A stretch of 43,686 nt of DNA, from the NCBI GenBank assembly GCA_008933055.1, contig WBXK01000003.1, positions 1 through 43,686 on the forward strand, given 5' to 3'. This document shows positions 41,375-43,686 of this stretch, one piece after another. The position numbers and the translations under genes are program-made. The stretch's first letter is position 1. Each line of letters starts with the position of its first letter. Below the pieces are notes generated by a model that did not search any database, was not told the DNA's origin, and saw nothing but the letters and a program-made list of their open reading frames with translations. This DNA is from Verrucomicrobiota bacterium (GTDB lineage Bacteria; Verrucomicrobiota; Verrucomicrobiia; Limisphaerales; JADLHS01).

Positions 41375-42072
41375 CAGGCCTTATGCCCAGGCACGTTGAG
41401 CGGTCGTCCATTATCTCCGGGCCCGATCTTCAACAAGAACGGCACGGCAACCCTCGCCCACTCTTCCGGCGACGGATAACTTGACGCGCCCCCACCAAAG
41501 CAGCTGCGCAACATGTCGGTGTTAATCATGCCCGGATTCAACGCTACCGCAGCCATGCCCGACGGCAATTCCTGCGAGAGAGATTGTGTCAGCCCTTCAA
41601 CAGCCCACTTCGTAGCACAATAAGGCGCGACTTCCGCATCCGCCGAACGCCCCCAACCGGAACTCATGTTGATGATGACGCCGCTCTTGCGCTCAACCAT
41701 CGCAGGCGCGAAATGACGGACGACATTCGCCACGCCCCGCAGATTCGTGTTCATCACCTCATCAAACTCACGCGCCTCGATCTCCCACAGACGAGCGTTG
41801 GCATTGATGACTCCGGCGTTGTTCAAGATCAAGTCCGGCACGCCATGCGATGTCAGAACGAGACTCGCCCAGGACTTCACCGCCGTGTCGGACGCCACAT
41901 CCACCGGATAAAAATCATGTGGTGCACCGTGCGCCTTTCGCAATCGGTCAATCTCTTTGCCTGATCGTCCGCAGCCTAGAACCGTGTGACCGAGCCGGAT
42001 GAATTCCTCCGCCATCGCGCGACCCAGTCCGCGTGTGGCACCCGTGATGACAACTAGTTTTCCGCCCGGCAT
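41374..42072 (-). CDS. SDR family oxidoreductase
   Basis: TGATRGLG, NNAG, YCATK and NPGMINTDM. Confidence 0.92.
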   Translation of the reverse strand: MPGGKLVVITGATRGLGRAMAEEFIRLGHTVLGCGRSGKEIDRLRKAHGAPHDFYPVDVASDTAVKSWASLVLTSHGVPDLILNNAGVINANARLWEIEAREFDEVMNTNLRGVANVVRHFAPAMVERKSGVIINMSSGWGRSADAEVAPYCATKWAVEGLTQSLSQELPSGMAAVALNPGMINTDMLRSCFGGGASSYPSPEEWARVAVPFLLKIGPGDNGRPLNVPGHKA

Positions 42073-42189
42073 AATTTAAATTGTTCAGTCAAGCGCTGCC
42101 GCGTTTCAATTAAAATCTCTTCGCACCACTCATAAGGGAAGCACCCTCAGCTTGCATCCTTGCGAAATGACGCTACTACAAGAGGCATC

Positions 42190-42534
42190 CCATGATATAA
42201 CGCGCACGCATAGGCCACGAGATCGCCCCAAGCAAGCCCCCCCCCCAGCCGATCAGCAAACCACCCAGAGTCGTCTTAAGAATCCGCTCTATCCAAGGGG
42301 CTTACAAAGTTGACTGCATTCTACCGCTGCTGAAACCATGGATACTGCCAACCCAACGCCCACGGTCGCTTGTGGGCTTCAGACGCACGAGATCAAGAAA
42401 AACAGCACCGCCCATGAGGCATCGCCAAGTTTTTCAACCAGCTCTGAGTCAAACATTCGCCACAACAGCAGCTTTACCAGCCCAAAAATAAAAATCAAGG
42501 CGGCTAGCGCTGTGTAGAAAAATCTGAGGGACCT
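42190..42534 (-). pseudogene. DUF2809-like membrane protein remnant (absent from the ORF track)
   Basis: Hand translation gives ...KLGDASWAVLFFLISCV*SPQA...AAVECSQLCKP / WIERILKTTLGGLLIGWG / AWGDLVAYA, with one stop and two frameshifts. Boundaries are approximate. Confidence 0.65.
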
Positions 42535-42537
42535 TGT

Positions 42538-43686
42538 TCACATGGACAAAAGCGGAATAATCTTATCTGCTGGACCAGATTGCTCTTCCCGCGTCAGCAG
42601 ATTGCGAACCCTCACCGCTTCAGCCTCAACTTTCATCGTGTGCTTCGCGTTCAGCTCTTGCGCGCGTTTAAATTGTTTTTCTGGTTTCGTGGGCGTGAGC
42701 GCGTATTCCACGACGTGGCCAGCAGCGCGTAACTCTTGGACGAGCTTGAGCGATTGAGGGCGAAGGGTTTCGTCCTCGACTATCACAAACACATCCACGC
42801 CAGCGTTGAATTGCGGGAGCAGTCCACGCGCCTTGAGCAGTTCAAACAACACCACGTCGCCCATGCCGAAGCCGAGCGCCGGCAGATTTACTTTACCACC
42901 GCTGATGAGCTTCACGAGATTGTCATAACGCCCACCACCGGCGATGGCCCGGAATTCCCCCTTGCAATCAAACGCCTCAAACACCGGCCCTGTGTAATAC
43001 GCTAGACCGCGAATGACCTGATAGTCCACCTTCACAAAATCGCCCATGCCGCGGGCTGCGAGATTGGCAATTATTGACGCGAGTTCCGTCGTGGGCGTGC
43101 CGGATTTGATGAACGCGTTCACGTCGTCAAGAGAGAAACCGAGCGCCGCTAATTTCGCCTGTGATTCTTCGGCGGGGGCGCGTTCCAATTTATCTATGAT
43201 CTGGAAAAAGTCGTATTCATGCCCGGTCTTGCCACCGCGTTGGCTAAAGTAATCATTCCACGCATTGCGGCTGCTCAATCGGATAACGAAATCCTCAGCG
43301 GTCAAGCCGAACGAGCGCAACGTATCAATCAAGAGGGCGATCAGTTCAGCATCGGCGGCGGGGTCTTGTTCTCCAAAGACGTCTGCGTTGAACTGGAAGT
43401 GTTCTCGCAACCGGCCTTTCTGCTGGCGCTCGTAGCGGAAAAGTTGTGGGATTGCGAACCACTTAATAGGTTTCTTGTAGTTGCGCTCATGCGCCGCCAC
43501 CATGCGCGCGAGCGTGGGCGTCATCTCGGGGCGCAATGCGATCTCGCGGTCGCCCTTGTCCTTGAAGTTGTAGAGTTGACCGACGATTTCCGCGCCGCTC
43601 TTGGTGGTGAACAGCTCAAGGGATTCGAGCGGCGGGCCATCGTATTCGCGAAAGCCATAACGCCGGGCGACATCGCGCCACTTGGA
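42538..43686 (-). CDS. hisS: histidine--tRNA ligase (5' end outside the window)
   Basis: The frame is open to the window end (W..VARRYGFREYDGP); LRPEMT, FRYERQQKGRLREH, RGLAYYTG, GGGRYD and GFGMG. Confidence 0.96.
   Translation of the reverse strand, partial: SKWRDVARRYGFREYDGPPLESLELFTTKSGAEIVGQLYNFKDKGDREIALRPEMTPTLARMVAAHERNYKKPIKWFAIPQLFRYERQQKGRLREHFQFNADVFGEQDPAADAELIALLIDTLRSFGLTAEDFVIRLSSRNAWNDYFSQRGGKTGHEYDFFQIIDKLERAPAEESQAKLAALGFSLDDVNAFIKSGTPTTELASIIANLAARGMGDFVKVDYQVIRGLAYYTGPVFEAFDCKGEFRAIAGGGRYDNLVKLISGGKVNLPALGFGMGDVVLFELLKARGLLPQFNAGVDVFVIVEDETLRPQSLKLVQELRAAGHVVEYALTPTKPEKQFKRAQELNAKHTMKVEAEAVRVRNLLTREEQSGPADKIIPLLSM

Noticed and set aside
42237-42246. C10 tract as a phase-variation switch
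   Set aside because: The host gene has a separate stop and another frameshift upstream, so tract length alone cannot restore it.
42379-42381. In-frame TGA as selenocysteine or recoding
   Set aside because: It is accompanied by frameshifts, and TGA is used as a normal stop in many genes here.

Overview
Bacterial chromosomal window, probably Verrucomicrobiota (Pedosphaera/Limisphaerales-like). The taxonomy is inferred from gene content and style, not from a search. It is mostly housekeeping: GH13 glycosidase, ispG, rseP, rpsL-rpsG-fusA, smc, uppS, purA, a double-length uvrA, plsC-cmk-aroA-tyrA, a CbiX-like chelatase and a partial hisS. Accessory genes include a Cys-rich small secreted protein, DUF4139, TIGR03790/TPR, an octaheme-TPR cytochrome, an Ig+RCC1 propeller protein, an orphan FlgM-like protein, a SWIM-SNF2 helicase and a Ni/Co transporter. 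Decayed genes are a GH43, a pfkA fragment, a DUF2809-like gene and possibly a Gfo/Idh/MocA gene. I saw no rRNA, tRNA, CRISPR array or transposase. The strongest unexplained signal is a set of short elements built from 7-11 bp tandem units, often arranged as two inverted arms. They fill operon spacers and also lie in frame inside uvrA, ispG, aroA and cbiX, and uvrA additionally carries a GTAG-type REP-like doublet in frame. Other leads are Thr-Asn enrichment in exported proteins, terminator-like leaders before purA and fusA, tandem NrdR-like boxes before smc, and an operator-like palindrome at a probably leaderless uvrA promoter. All counts were made by hand.
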